Below the pieces are notes generated by a model that did not search any database, was not told where the DNA came from, and was given only the letters and a program-made list of their open reading frames with translations. The translations under genes and the position numbers were made by a program. This document shows, piece after piece, positions 1 to 12,920 of a DNA stretch of 64,000 nt (the stretch's first letter is position 1; the number at the start of each line of letters is the position of its first letter). Where the stretch lies: positions 102,798,001 to 102,862,000 of the forward strand of contig NC_058368.1 in assembly GCF_018350175.1 (NCBI RefSeq), read 5' to 3'. The stretch comes from Felis catus. Lineage: Eukaryota.

Positions 1-985
1 AAAAACAAACGTGGCCATTTCTTTTCTAAATCAATTCCTAACCCAAATTCCCAGTGTGCTAGAATTCTTCCCCTCCGTGTCATAATTCCAAAAGAATGAC
101 ATTACTCATTCGATGTTACATTCATTTCCATAATGAGGATGTGTCAAGGGGCAAGACTTTACTTAAAGGGGTGGAGGGAAAGGGCTGCAGTGAGGTCTCT
201 TTGAATGGTGATGACGGCTTTCTCCCTGTCCAGATATGGTCCTTTTTCCCAAGTCAATTAAATAAGCCAATAGAGTCCGGCGCGACTATTTTAGGCTGCT
301 TAGTTTAAAAAAATTCAGTCCAAATTGAATTACAATGCAGTTCAATTAATTTCACCGAAGAACACCATAGGATGGGAAGAGAAAACGGCAATTTCACTTT
401 TTTTTTTTTTGCTGGGTGTAAAGGTATTCTTAAACCCAGTGACATGACGACGTCATCTGATTAAACAATTGTGACTTGGAAATGCCAGGAATTTTCCTTT
501 GTGTGCCTAAATAATGCAAGTTGAATTCAGCAGTGTTCATATAAATACTTTAATTACACTGAAGCTGTAGCAGCAGGGAGTCATGGGAAGTATGTGAAAC
601 ACTGGATAAACATTTTAAAAAGTAAGGACCATTCAAGGTACACAAAAGACAGGACAGTCACAACAACAGCGGCAACCACAACAAACTAGGGAAGCGGGCA
701 GCTCAGTACTTTTTATGAGCACAGGGCCCAATTGTTTTCCTTTTCTTTTTATTTCCCACCATTGTTTGGGGGTAAAACACCTAAAAAAATGGGCAAGATG
801 AAGCCCAACAAAGCTAAGGGACCTGAAGAATTCTGAGTCGTGTCGTGTGCAAAAAGCCAAAAGAAGCCTGAAAAATAGTCAGTCGGAGAAACTGTGTTGA
901 GTTAGGCTTGGGTGTTAGATCTGAAAACCGAAACAAGGATACACACAATTTCTTTCAGGAAAGCTTTAATAAATGGTGTTTAAAT

Positions 986-1220
986 TGGTTTTTTTAATTT
1001 TTTTTTAACGTTTCATTCATTTTTGAGACAGAGAGAGAGACAGAGCATGAACGGGGGAGGAGCAGAGAGAGAGGGAGACACAGAATCAGAAGCAGGCTCC
1101 AGGCTCTGAGCCATCAGCCCAGAGCCCGACGCGGGGCTCGAACTCACGGACCGCGAGATCGCAAGATCGTGACCTGAGCTGAAGTCGGACGCTTAACCGA
1201 CTGGGCCACCCGGGCGCCCC
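986..1220 (-). mobile_element. CanSINE (felid SINEC)
   Basis: Reverse tRNA-derived head ending GGCGCCCC, (GA)n and T tail; TSD AATGGTGTTTAAAT at 972-985 and 1221-1234. Confidence 0.95.
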
Positions 1221-2328
1221 AATGGTGTTTAAATGTGATAAAATGCCTTCCCAGCGTGAAATCCCACACAGACCCATATCCACGGCTCACTCTGTTTTCT
1301 ACATAGTCCTAGCCACCTTCCAAGTTTCCTTCTGAAATTTGTAGCCCCTTAGCATAATGGCATGAAAGTTTAATGTGGTGTCAGCTCCAGTGTTACGACT
1401 CACAGCCATTAATTATTGACCAAGCAATTCACGGCTTCATACAAGAAGGAAAATAAATAATGAGAAAGAAATCAGGCCACTTACCTTCAGTGGAACTTAG
1501 AGTATGGTTTTGGTTTTTTGCCCTGAGTGTCATGGAGCTCGGAAACCAATCTAAACTGTATCACTGCAAAGGTGATGAATTCTCGCTGGCATATTTACCT
1601 TGTTCTTTCCTTGATCTTGCTCTCTGGTCTCTGTCTCTCATTCTTCTTTTTTTTTTTTTTTTTTTTTTTTACTGTTTCATGTTGTATCTATTTGTTAAAT
1701 GCGGCTTAACTTTCTGAAAATAGATAGAAACCAGATAATTAAAATTACACATCCGCATAGTAAGGAAACCACATTATATATGAAAAAAAATGTTTAAGCA
1801 TACTTTTCAGGCAATGTCCACATGGGAAAACAGGCAGTGGGGAGAGAAAAGTGTGGGAGAACTGAGCTTTTGGTGGATTCTGGGCACTTTTGGGGCTGGG
1901 TTTGTCTCATCAGTCGGTTTTGCTTCTGACCAGATAATCTTTGAACACCAACATTCTGTGACTCAATAAAATGAGGAACTCCCAATAAACAAACACAACT
2001 TTATTTTCAGATACTCTCTTTGAGCGTGTGAATTAAAAGAAAAAAAAAAAAAGAATTAGGTGCAGACTGAGGCTTAACTCATGGGTCCTCATAGTGGCTG
2101 ATCATTACAATCCCTGTAAATTTGTAAAGATAGCACAGGTTTCCAAGCTCAAGTGTGGTAATTTAGAACATTTTGCATTGTGGTCTGGAAATTTGTGTTA
2201 AAAAAAAAAAATTAACAAAAATTTCCCAGAGGAATCAGATGAGTGGCCAAAATGATCCAAGTAGATTCCCCTGGTTGGGGATTTTACGGTCATTGTTACA
2301 AGGAGAAGTTCTCCATTTGAAATCGTTT

Positions 2329-2536
2329 ATTTTATTTTATTTTAAAAATATTTTTAATATGTATTTATTTTTCAGAGAGAGAGAGAAGCAGAAAGAGGTA
2401 GACAGAGGGTCCGAAGCAGGCTCCACGCTGTGAACACAGAGCCCGATGTGGGGCTCGAACTCAGCAACCGTGAGATCATGACTTGAGCTGAAACCAAGAG
2501 TTGGATGCTTAACTGACTGAGCCGCCCAGGTGCCCC
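2329..2536 (-). mobile_element. CanSINE, older subfamily
   Basis: SINE body on minus strand; degenerate TSD CATTTGAAA.C.TTT. Confidence 0.92.
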
Positions 2537-2619
2537 CATTTGAAACCATTTAAACCAGAGCGACAGAGCCTACATTTTCCATCACTGCACAGTTACTCGA
2601 TAAAAACTGATGACTCCTG

Positions 2620-2838
2620 GGGGCGCCTGGGTGGCTCAGTCGGTTGAGCGTCCGACTTCGGCTCAGGTCACGATCGCGCGGTCCGTGAGTTCGAGCCCCG
2701 CGTCGGGCTCTGGGCTGATGGCTCAGAGCCTGGAGCCTGCTTCCGATTCTGTGTCTCCCTCTCTCTGCCCCTCCCCCGTTCATGCTCTGTCTCTCTCTGT
2801 CTCAAAAATAAATAAATGTTAAAAAGAAAAAAAACAAC
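2620..2838 (+). mobile_element. CanSINE (felid SINEC)
   Basis: GGGGCGCCTGGGTGGCTCAG head, (CT)n, AATAAA and A tail; TSD AAAACTGATGACTCCTGG. Confidence 0.95.
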
Positions 2839-3527
2839 AAAACTGATGACTCCTGGTATAAGCAAATTCTCATTTGATACAGAGCTGTGTAAGCCTACTT
2901 CATATTTTTATGTCTTCCACTCATTGGGTAATTTTTTTCTTCAGGGTCCCTGTCCTACATTTAAAAACACTATATTCTCGCGTTTCTCTCCCCATACACA
3001 AAATGAAGGAAACTTTTTTCCCCGTTGGCTTCAAAAAACTGGTTCCAACTCTTCCGTAGAGTCTGTAAACGAATGATACGCTTTCAATTTTCTCTTTTTC
3101 TGCTTAACTCAGTCACCGTAAGTTTCTCTTGGGTGCAAACAAGCGAGCACCCATCACAGGCTCGGTAAGGAAAGGTGGCGAACAACCGATGTCTTTCAAC
3201 ATGCTTTGCAGGAGCTGCTACAAATCATCTTCCGGGAATACTTGTGTGTTTTGACAAGTTTGTGTCTGAATTAGGAAAAGTTTCTGAAGGGCAAAAAAAT
3301 GAACTGCATGCGTGTCTTGCAAAGTGATTTCCTCTTCTTGCTGGGGTGAGCACACATTCCCTGCTGGTTTCACTCCTTGGTTCCACAGCTACCACTCTTG
3401 CTTCAAACCACCATAATAATCTCCAAAGAGCTCTCCCGGCTGATCTTCAGTAAATCCTGATCCCATCTCCCACGGGAGACAACCCAAAATGTATATTGTA
3501 TTATTACACTCCCAAGCTCAAAAGCTT

Positions 3528-4065
3528 TATAAGGGAAAAATGTCTCCCCCGACCCATCTGAGATTCTCCTGCCGGGGTGGGGTGGGTGGGGGGGGGACGC
3601 TTTAAGTCAGATTGCCTAACGATAGATCAACAAGAGAAAGAAAAAAAAAAAAACAAGTTTATAACACGTGGGCATGCTCAGTGATGAATACCCCAAAGGG
3701 CTTACCTACCGTTTTAGGCTAACTTAAGTTATCGATTAGGGAAAAGCGATTAGGGGATTCTGGGCTGGGGGGCGCAAGTTACGGGGAAGAGGACCAGGAA
3801 AAGTATGATAAACAAGTTTTGTAAGGTTTCTTATGCAAATTGAAGTCTATTGATAAGAGCTATGAAGAGTCCTCCTCTTCAGGGTAAGAGAGAGAATTAT
3901 CATTATAAATGGAAATTTTCTTTAAAGATGTAAATTTCCTTGGGAAAACTTGTGCTCTGCTTTTAGTGCTTTCCCTGTACTGCTGGTTCGCACTGGACTT
4001 CAGCTCAAAGTAACCCATATGCCAAAGAAGCATATTCTGGGCTAGCGTATTTTGGTACTCCACCC
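3528..4065 (-). mobile_element. MER34-family ERV1 solo LTR
   Basis: Minus strand reads CAGAATATGCTTCTTTGGCATATGGGTTACTTTGAGCTGAAG, matching the recalled MER34 5' end; about 540 bp. Confidence 0.7.
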
Positions 4066-4119
4066 TGCTCCTTCCCCTTGCTTTCTGTAACCCTTAGAGG
4101 TACACACTCTGTACCACAG

Positions 4120-4841
4120 TCTATAAACAGTCTATAAAGCCCTCCCTCATCCATTCTGCTACTTCTCTTGCACTATTCTTTCTTCTGGCCCCACGCTCAC
4201 TCTGTTCCATCACAGTGACCTCCCTGCTGACCCCACAGACACTAAGCCTGGTGTCATCTCAGAGTTGGGCATTTGCTAGTTTCATCCAGTGATTTGTATA
4301 ACTTTGACCTTGCCCCCCCCCCGGGGGGGGGGCTTAGCCAGTTAAGCGTCCGACTTCAGCTCAGGTCATGATCTCACTGAGCCCCACAGTGAGCTCTCTG
4401 CCGTCAGCACAGGGTCTGCTTTGGATCCTCTGTCCCTCTTTCTCACTGCCCCTCTCTGTCTCTCTCTGTCTCTCTCTTCCCTCTTTCTCTCAAAAAATAA
4501 AGAAAGAAACTTAAAACAAAAAAACCTTTGACTTGTATTTCCTTCAGGTCTGTGCTGGAATAACTCCATAGTAGTGAAACTTTTCTTAAACATCGTCTTT
4601 AAAAACTACCGCAGCCCCTCTCCCTCTACTCCATTTTGCTTTATTTCCCTCCACCGCCCTACACATCATCTGACACATATGCTCATAATTTGCTTGTGTA
4701 CTTCCTAATTTTCTATCTGTCCCCATTAGAACGTAAGATAAAGGTGTTTCTGTTTTCACTGCGTCATTCTCAGCACCCAGAACATACTCAGGAAGATAGG
4801 TCGGGTATGTAAGAAATAATACTTGTTGAATGAATGAATAA
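4120..4841 (+). mobile_element. L2 LINE 3' fragment, interrupted by a SINE
   Basis: Ends in the L2 terminus TACTTGTTGAATGAATGAAT, preceded by CTCAGCACCCAGAACA-type L2 3' motifs. Confidence 0.7.
4323..4525 (+). mobile_element. CanSINE with altered 5' end
   Basis: GTTAAGCGTCCGACTTCAGCTCAGGTCATGATCTC body, (CT)n, A-rich tail. Confidence 0.88.
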
Positions 4842-5571
4842 TTTATCCTACGTACAGCAGAAGTGTCATCAAGGGTATTCATTCATTTGTTGGGTCAAGG
4901 ACATTCAACTGATCTGTTAAAAAAAAAAAAAAAGCAAAACTTTAGAATAACCAAAAGAAATGACTGCATATCCTTTCCATGGAGTCTTTGGAGATTACAG
5001 TTTTTTACAACTCCGTAAAGTAGAAAGTAACTTGCAGAAAATGGATAGTCATGCAAATAGTTCTTAGCTGCCGACATGCATATCAATTTGCAACTGCAAG
5101 TTTTAACTTGGCTACTCCACTGTGGGAGAAGCCAGTTTTGTATCTATTTGCCAATCCATTTCAATATTCCCGGTCTATGTGTCTGCCCTTTAGATTCTTT
5201 GACGTGTGTTCCTTTTATATTTATATACAGAGCCATGATTTCTCCTCTTTTTGTAACTCGTCCTGTAACAAATTTGGGAATATGTCTTGCGTGATTTTTG
5301 TTCTCTTTTTGCCAAAAGCTGATCTTCGGTGTGATTGTTTTTAGAGCCAGCCACTTCACGTCCCTAAGTTTGACTGCTCATCTCTGATGACTAAGTACAC
5401 TAATATCTGGGAAGTAAACGTCATTCCAGAAAGGAGACATGGGAACAACAGATTGAGAGGCCAGGGCGGGTAAAAATATGGGAGTATACTGGGTATAAAA
5501 CTCTAGAAAACGAGAGAAGACATTGCTTTAGAAGTGGGCATTCCTTTGTTGATTAGGAAACAGTTACTTGC

Positions 5572-5778
5572 GGGGTGCCTGGCTGGCTCAGTCCGTTAAG
5601 CATCCGACTTTGGCTCAGGTCGCGATCTCACAGTTCGTGTGTTCGAGTCCCACATTGGGCTCTGTGCTGACAGCTCAGAGAACAGAGTGTGCTTCAGATT
5701 CTTTGTCTCCCTCTCTCTCTGTCCCTCCCCCACTCACGCTCTGTCTCTCAAAAATGAATAAATGTTAAAAAAAAAAAA
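5572..5778 (+). mobile_element. CanSINE
   Basis: Full body; TSD AGGAAAC(A/G)GTTACTT. Confidence 0.93.
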
Positions 5779-5819
5779 AGGAAACGGTTACTTTCATTTG
5801 TGGATTAGGAACTGGTTCC

Positions 5820-6035
5820 TTTTTTTTTTTTTTTTAATGTTTATTTATTTTTGACAGAGAAACAGAGCATGAGTGGGGAAGAGGCAGAGAGAGAGGAAGA
5901 CACAGAATGTGAAGCAGGCTCCAGGCTCCGAGCTGTCAGCACAGAGCCTGAGGCAGGGCTCAAACTCACAGAAAGAGAGAGATCATGACCTGAGCCAAAG
6001 TCAGATGCTCAACTGACTGAGTCGCCCAGGTGCCC
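5820..6035 (-). mobile_element. CanSINE
   Basis: Full body; TSD TAGGAACTGGTT(C/A)CTTT. Confidence 0.93.
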
Positions 6036-7119
6036 TAGGAACTGGTTACTTTCTTAAGACACATCTCACGGCAGAGGCCAGGAGCGCTGATGCTGAATGA
6101 GAACTCTCAAAGAAAATCTTCATAATTAGGGGCACTTTTCATGATCACAAGTACTGATTCAACTACTGGAATTAGTCAAAGAACGATACAGTCACATCTC
6201 AAGAAAGTCAAATACAAAGGTAAAAAAAAATGGGCAAACAATGTTTTGCGGGACAAACAGGTTTCGGTTTGGGGAGTGACGGGAAGCAAACGGATACTGT
6301 TGTCCTCGTTGTGCACTAAAGCTAATGGGGGCGGGTGTGGGTGTGCCTACTCATAAGACTCACGCGCACACACTCCAGTGAGGCCTCCCACTTTTTCAAA
6401 GATCCCCTCTCTGAGATCTGGCATCACAAATGCCTTCATGGGGCTGGAATTCACGACAAGGCACGCGGCTCTCGAGAAATATTAAGAACTCAGAATATCC
6501 AGGGAGAAGGTGATAATCCCCACATCCGAGAAATCAGCCAAATTCCTTGACACTGACCGTAGTAGTCACTGGTGCTAAACTGAAATACCACCACTGGCCA
6601 TGAAGAACAGAGGTAAGCAGCAGTCCTGAGGGCAGAGCGCAACCCCAAAGCCTGGTGGCCACAGCAGGGCCTTAGACGGACAATAGATCCATAATGGCCC
6701 TTTGCTCTCCTATTCATTTTCCCTGTAGGTATTTTTTGTCCCTCTGTGGTGAGAAGGAACAGGCTAACTTGGGACTCTAGGGCGGGAGGGGGTGGGGGAA
6801 AACAGATTCTTTCCTTGTGGCTTCGAGAAAAATGCGGCTACGGCAGCTGTTATTTCTATGAAGACATCCAGTAGATAAAAGAATCAAGGGGCCAGGTAAA
6901 ATAATTTAAGTATAATTGGCGACCAGGTTCTTACAGCCTGGAAAAGGGGGGAAACTGATTTGTTACTGAGGACCTAGGTCAAAGTCTTGTGCAGAAACAT
7001 ATGGTGTGTTTTCTTGATAGGTTTCTTGACAGAGCCCTTTAGGGTATAGATTTCTGAGGCTTAAGTTACAAATTTGAGGATTATGTAGACCCAGGCTTGG
7101 TGTTAAAAATGATCGATCT

Positions 7120-7344
7120 GGGGCGCCTGGGTGGCGCAGTCGGTTAAGCGTCCGACTTCAGCCAGGTCACGATCTCGCGGTCCATGAGTTCGAGCCCCGC
7201 GTCAGGCTCTGGGCTGATGGCTCAGAGCCTGGAGCCTGTTTCCGATTCTGTGTCTCCCTCTCTCTCTGCCCCTCCGCCGTTCATGCTCTGTCTCTCTCTG
7301 TCTCAAAAATAAATAAAACGTTGAAAAAAAAATTAAAAAAAAAA
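7120..7344 (+). mobile_element. Young felid CanSINE
   Basis: GTGGCGCAGTCGGTTAAGCGTCCGACTTCAGCCAGGTCACG subtype, CpGs intact; TSD GATCGATCTG. Confidence 0.95.
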
Positions 7345-7561
7345 GATCGATCTGAAAAACAAAGCATTCTCCCCAGGCTTATTCTAAGTTTTATTTGCCG
7401 GGGAGAGGCCATACAAGTCATAGTAAGTGACAGGTGCTTATTCCAAGGGCCTGGAGTAGAGAAGGTACGGAAACCGTGAGTCTGGGTTTATTAGTTACAG
7501 TATCAGATTGCTGTTTATCTTGAAGCTTGTACATACACCTTCAAGAATAAATCCTGTGAGA

Positions 7562-7785
7562 GGGGCACCTGGGTGGCGCAGTCGGTTAAGCGTCCGACTT
7601 CAGGCAGGTCACGATCTCGCGGTCTGTGAGTTCGAGCCCCGCGTCAGGCTCTGGGCTGATGGCTCCGAGCCTGGAGCCTGTTTCCGATTCTGTGTCTCCC
7701 TCTCTCTCTGCCCCTCCCCCGTTCATGCTCTGTCTCTCTGTCCCAAAAATAAATAAACGTTGAAAAAAAAAATTAAAAAAAAAAA
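7562..7785 (+). mobile_element. Young felid CanSINE
   Basis: Same subtype; TSD AAGAATAAATCCTGTGAGA. Confidence 0.95.
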
Positions 7786-10700
7786 AAGAATAAATCCTGT
7801 GAGAGTAAATTGTTTAGGTCCACATCGGTTTGGGGGTTTGCAACTTACTTACACGTATGTATGACTATAGCATAGTTCATCTGTTCCATAATCCTTTGGG
7901 CAGAATCTCTTAAGCCATGCCAGGGCCTAGCTATGTGTGAGAGAAAGAAAGAAAAAGCAAATAAAAATCCACCATGCGAAATGCTCTCAAGAGGGTCACC
8001 TTTCCAATCCAGTACCTGCCCCTAGGAAACACCGACACCAAAGGCAAGTTTGTTTATGACTACGGTCCACTGCTCATCTGCACAATTTATTAGCCACATA
8101 AAGTAGTTCGCGATTTTGTACTACGGTGGATTTGACAGATGTGTCCACATATCTTACATAATACTTGGGCCGGCTCTATTTAAATTTAAATTTACATATA
8201 TTAGCCGAGAAGTTTCTAGGCTGGGTATATACCCTGCCCTGTACCTAGAGACTGAGAAACCTAATGTAAACTAACCATCACAGCTCTAGGAAATGTGTTC
8301 TTTCCATATTTTCTTTGAGTGACCAGAAAAAAAAAATTACCAGGACTTATATTTAGACACATATCAAACTTCATCTTCTACGTTCAGAAGTGCAGGTTGT
8401 AAATGACTCTCTTCTTTCTTTCGTAGAAACTCATATATTTCTACACAGAATTCCCTCAGCTAACTCACGACACTTGACATTAATCACATACACAGATCAA
8501 CAAAGACTTTGCTTTCATATAGAAACTAATTTGGAACATATTTCTAAATTACTGCTTGTTATCGCAGTCAATTTAATTAGCTAGCTAATGACAATATCTG
8601 TTCATAATCAAAATAGCAAAAAAAAAAATACCAAGTTTAGTAATTAGACCATATAATTCCTTAACAACTCAATTTTATAATGGAAAAGTGCAGTGCTTTT
8701 AGTCAATTTCCTCCAAAAACTCCTCTATATTCAAAATTAGGAATTCGACAGCGTATTCTTCTGACATTTAAAGCTCAAGATGGAGTGGTTGCGTTAGAAA
8801 GCGTGGCTCCCTCCTGGATTGTATGTGAAATTGCCTGTAAGTCACATTACATTCCAAATCCATTTCCCCTCTAACCATTCTGAGGGTATAACATTTACTC
8901 TTTGTCACCACTGTTCTTTTCTGTAAGAGACACCAATACGAATTGTAACACAATGAAACGATTAATCTTTGTTGGGCGATTTTAATGATTCTATAATTAT
9001 AGAAAACTATAGAAAATCATGTTTACCCCTTTATCAACTCAGACACTCGGTGGCATTTCCAGGCTAAGACAAAAAAAAAAAAAAAAGGTGGTGGTGGTGG
9101 GGCAATGCGAATCTCTGCGTTCTTGTTTTAAGAATATCATATTAACGAAAATCTATAAACCAAACGTAGATGGTGTCACAAATGCAAACTGACACATGGC
9201 TTAACGGGTGGCGGTGCAAAAATCCAGCCGGAAAAGCCCTAAAATAGGCTAATTTCATTTCTCCCAGCTGCCTGCCTTTCAATTCTTTATCTCAGCTATC
9301 GGGTTTGAATAAATTTCATCTCCCACACTACACGTAATGAGGAGGCAATGACTTATGAAGCACAGAGACCAAGTTAAGACAGAATTAGAATACAATTTTA
9401 ATGAGACGGAGCTGGGAAAGTGGAAATGCTACTCATTTGACAGACTTGGCAAAATATCCAATATGATCTCAAATGCTCTTGCCTTTCTCCAAAGGGAACG
9501 TCAAATATTAAAATAAAAATTAAAAAAAAAATAGGACTCAGAAGGCTTGGTTAGGGGTAGCTTGTTAATGTGATTATACGCTGAAAATTAGTTATTAGAG
9601 AGGTAATCTCAGGATAGAGCAAATGTGTCTTAAAATGTAAGCGCGTGAAGTATAAATACTCCTGTGAAAACAAACAATATGCTTTGGTTTCTCTGGAAGA
9701 AAGAAAAACACATTAATATTCCGGTAACACACATCGCTTTGAAATGAGGTCCAGAAATTGTTGAGGAAATGGGGAGTAGACACATATTTTCTTTGTTACT
9801 ACTTACTTGGAACTCTATAAAATAATGTTACGATATGGCTGTGAGATACACCCAAAATAAGCTGGTGTGAAAACAAGATAAACTCATGCGTGACGTTCTT
9901 TTTTAGAGGGTCGATATCCAATGTGAACCTTGCGAACAGGAGAGAGCATCTACGAGAGGTGGTAGGGACTGCCCTGGGGTGTGTCAAGGGAAGGGGTCCC
10001 TGGCTAGTAAGAAAGATTTGCACCAAAAAGAAGGCATTTATTTTCACATTTGGAAAAACAAAAAAACAAAAAACCCCCTCCAAGGACATAGGGTATTTGT
10101 TCTATGAAAAACTTGGCTGCCTCAAAATAACAGTAACAACTAAAAGTTAAGGACTCCACCCCATCAAGAACAATGTAAAGGGATTTTCAAGAATGTTTTG
10201 CCACTCAGCTTATGTCATGGGATGTCCTGTCTTCTTCAGAAACCCTGTCCTCAGCTGGGTCGAGAGGGAGTCTGGGTCACATTGAACCACTCAGCAAGGC
10301 TACTCATATTCTGCATTTTAAATCCATTCCCCAAACATCCTCCCAGAGGTAAAAATAGCCTTTGTCTTTTCTCCTCCTGCTCCTACCTACTCCATACTGT
10401 TTCTGGCTTTCTTTTAGTGATTACTTCCTGTCGGTTTTTCTAGTGCATAAAACATCTGTGATTTGCTGCAGGCGCTCAATATTTATGCGGAGAGCCTCAC
10501 AGCAGGTGCCACTTAAAAAAAAAAAAAGGCCCCTTCGAGCCTGAGCACGCTAGTGTTATCCCATGACCTGAGGGTCACACTGCGGGGGGGCTGCACAATG
10601 TTTAGTAAAGGAAGGCTCCTTCCATCAACAACTGATAAAACAGTGTTTTGTCTGGTAGACTCAACTTTTTAGGAAAGGATAAGCTAGTGTCTATATTAGT

Positions 10701-11249
10701 CTTCAAAAATGAATACATGGGCTTTCAAAATTATCTGTGGATATCCTCTTCTGATTTGCGTCCTATAGTAAACAAAGACCAAAAAAAAAAATCTAGAAGT
10801 TTTCTAATGCTGATGGATAGTTTCCCTCCAGTGCCCCAAGACTCCCATGCCCCCAATCCACTTCCTTGACTTTGAAGTCTGGGTCCTCTAAAGCTGTGGA
10901 ATTTCCTGGATAACAAACAATGCTGGGGAAGCTTTGTGGTGAGAAAATAAATTTGATAGCCAGGGGACCTGTAAATGTAGTATGCTTTTAACACCCCATC
11001 ACTGGGACAAAAAAGGGGTGTGCTACCTTTTCCCGTAAATGTCCCCATTCTTTACACAGCATGTTAGGAATTCAGTTAAAGGGAATTCATGGAGCCAATT
11101 GCAGCCTGTGAATCTCTCCAGCTTTCTTCTTGTTGTTGTTTTCCTCATGCTGATTCTGCAACATCACCCACTGGAGTATCTCCTGTAGCCCTTTCAGCCT
11201 GGCCCTCTATAGCGACATTCCATATTTGACAGGCTCCCCTTCAGTATAC

Positions 11250-11405
11250 CTATTGTAACTGATTGGGAACACCAGATCCAAAAAATCCAAAGAAAAGTCA
11301 AGGCAGTACCAGGAGTTTAATAACTGCTTTCTCGAGTGTAGCCAACAGATCACATTTTGTCACGTCAAAGGTAATCGTTTTGGAGGGCCGGATTAAATCG
11401 GTAGA
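11250..11405 (+). mobile_element. Probable L3/CR1 LINE fragment
   Basis: CAAAAAATC...ACCAGGAGTTTAATAAC...AGCCAACAG...AAAGGTAAT...ATTAA is colinear with the recalled L3 RT-region consensus; highly diverged. Confidence 0.4.
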
Positions 11406-12349
11406 AAAATTCTGTAATACAGACGATATAATATACGACGTTATGCATGAAATAGTCCAAAACTGGAAGGCGAATTTCTGCTTCATGGGACAGATGAAAG
11501 AATCAACCTTCAATTGTCCAGCATGCTAGACATACGCACAAGGAGAGGTAACACTGTCAGCTTATGCCCATTCAAGATGCTTGAAGAAATTGCGACAATC
11601 ACGAATAACAGAGTTTGATTCCACAGCCCCACTCCGGCCTACCTTCTCCGCCTGCCACCTCCACATACACATCTGGTTCCTAATTGAGGACCAAACCGAG
11701 TCTTCAATAACCGAATATAAAATACTCTGGATCCGTCACTTGGCCAGTGGGTTTTGTAAGGCAAAAATTACGGCGCTAGGTACTGTCGAACTCCCTTCAG
11801 TTTTTAGGAATCTTGCCCACAAAAGACGGAGGCGGACCTGAGACAGAGCCTGGGGCTTGGTGGACAGCGCATTGCCCTTGTCACGCTCCGTGCCCTTGGT
11901 TGCAGATACTGTATCCCAATCACACTTTCTCTACCAACTGCTTCCTCCATTTTGGTTTTTAATTTTTTTCCCCAGGGAAACTACAAATATACCTCCATTG
12001 TGGCAGCTCCTGACCATACTTATTACCGGTCAGTATTTCCCCCGAGACGGGTGGCCTCTTCAGGGCAAGGGCTCGACCTTGTTCCGATTCCTGTGTCCAA
12101 GGATTTCTGTATTGATGGTCAGGTGTTAAAAGGATGACTACTGGCCTAGTGGCTAATCGTAGTGACTCAGGCCACTGAGCAGTAGACAGGTGCTTAAGAA
12201 GCCGGACTTGGATTCAGGGACGGGGACCACAGAGTCCTAGTGTGTGAGAATCATCCTTCCGTATGTGAGCAGGCAAGAAAAACTAGGTATGCCTCCGCCC
12301 CTCAATTTCACCTTGGACTTTCCACGATGACACGGCAGAGAGATTAGGG

Positions 12350-12545
12350 TGGGACTGAATCAGACGAGGTAGGAAGTCCATTCCTAGTGGTATCGGGACT
12401 CTCCAGGCAAAATGGGGCCAATTCCTTAATCTCTCAGACTCAACTTCTCCCTTTAGAACTACTGGGATAACAGCAGCTGCCTCCCGGGATTAAATGAATT
12501 ATCACGCGTGAAGCACCTAGGGCAGGCTCGACAAATCTTACTGCC
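12350..12545 (+). mobile_element. MIR
   Basis: CTTAATCTCTCAGACTCAACTTCTCC...GGGATAA...GGATTAAATGA...GTGAAGCACCTAG MIR core. Confidence 0.7.
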
Positions 12546-12920
12546 TTCTCCTTTACTTTCACCCAAAAAGTTTCTTGTCCCTGCTGCACGTGTGATATTT
12601 AGAAACTCGGTGTTGTCCGTGTCTAAGCAACGACAGAGTCAAGGATTAATAAGCCTTGTACTGTTTTTTACAGGCTCCCCAGCCACACATCTCATGGTGA
12701 GAGGTTTTTCTGAGAGGCGATTTCTGATATTTTTCATGAATCAAAACTATCCAAGGAGTCAAAGGCAGTGACGACCTTTGCTTTTTGTGTTCCTCGATCC
12801 CTACTGGTGCTTCCTATAACTTAAAGCTGGCTTTTGACAGGTACACAACGCATCCCACCTAGCCCATCTTCCTAGCCCTAGAGAGGGCTTCTCTTGATTC
12901 TGTTAGAAAAATTTGCAAAA

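Noticed and set aside
2550..2865. Recurrent ORFs such as MNGGGAEREG..., GQRETEHERGRGRERGRHRIG... and GAPGWRSRLSVRLQ... throughout the ORF track
   Set aside because: They are translations of CanSINE bodies in different frames, not a gene family
6458..6468. AAGGCACGCGG, identical to part of mature miR-124
   Set aside because: Only 11 nt match, the rest diverges and there is no hairpin precursor
11263..12137. Cluster of 60-90 aa ORFs in non-SINE sequence
   Set aside because: No recognisable protein; part appears to be a decayed L3/CR1 fragment; no consistent splice structure
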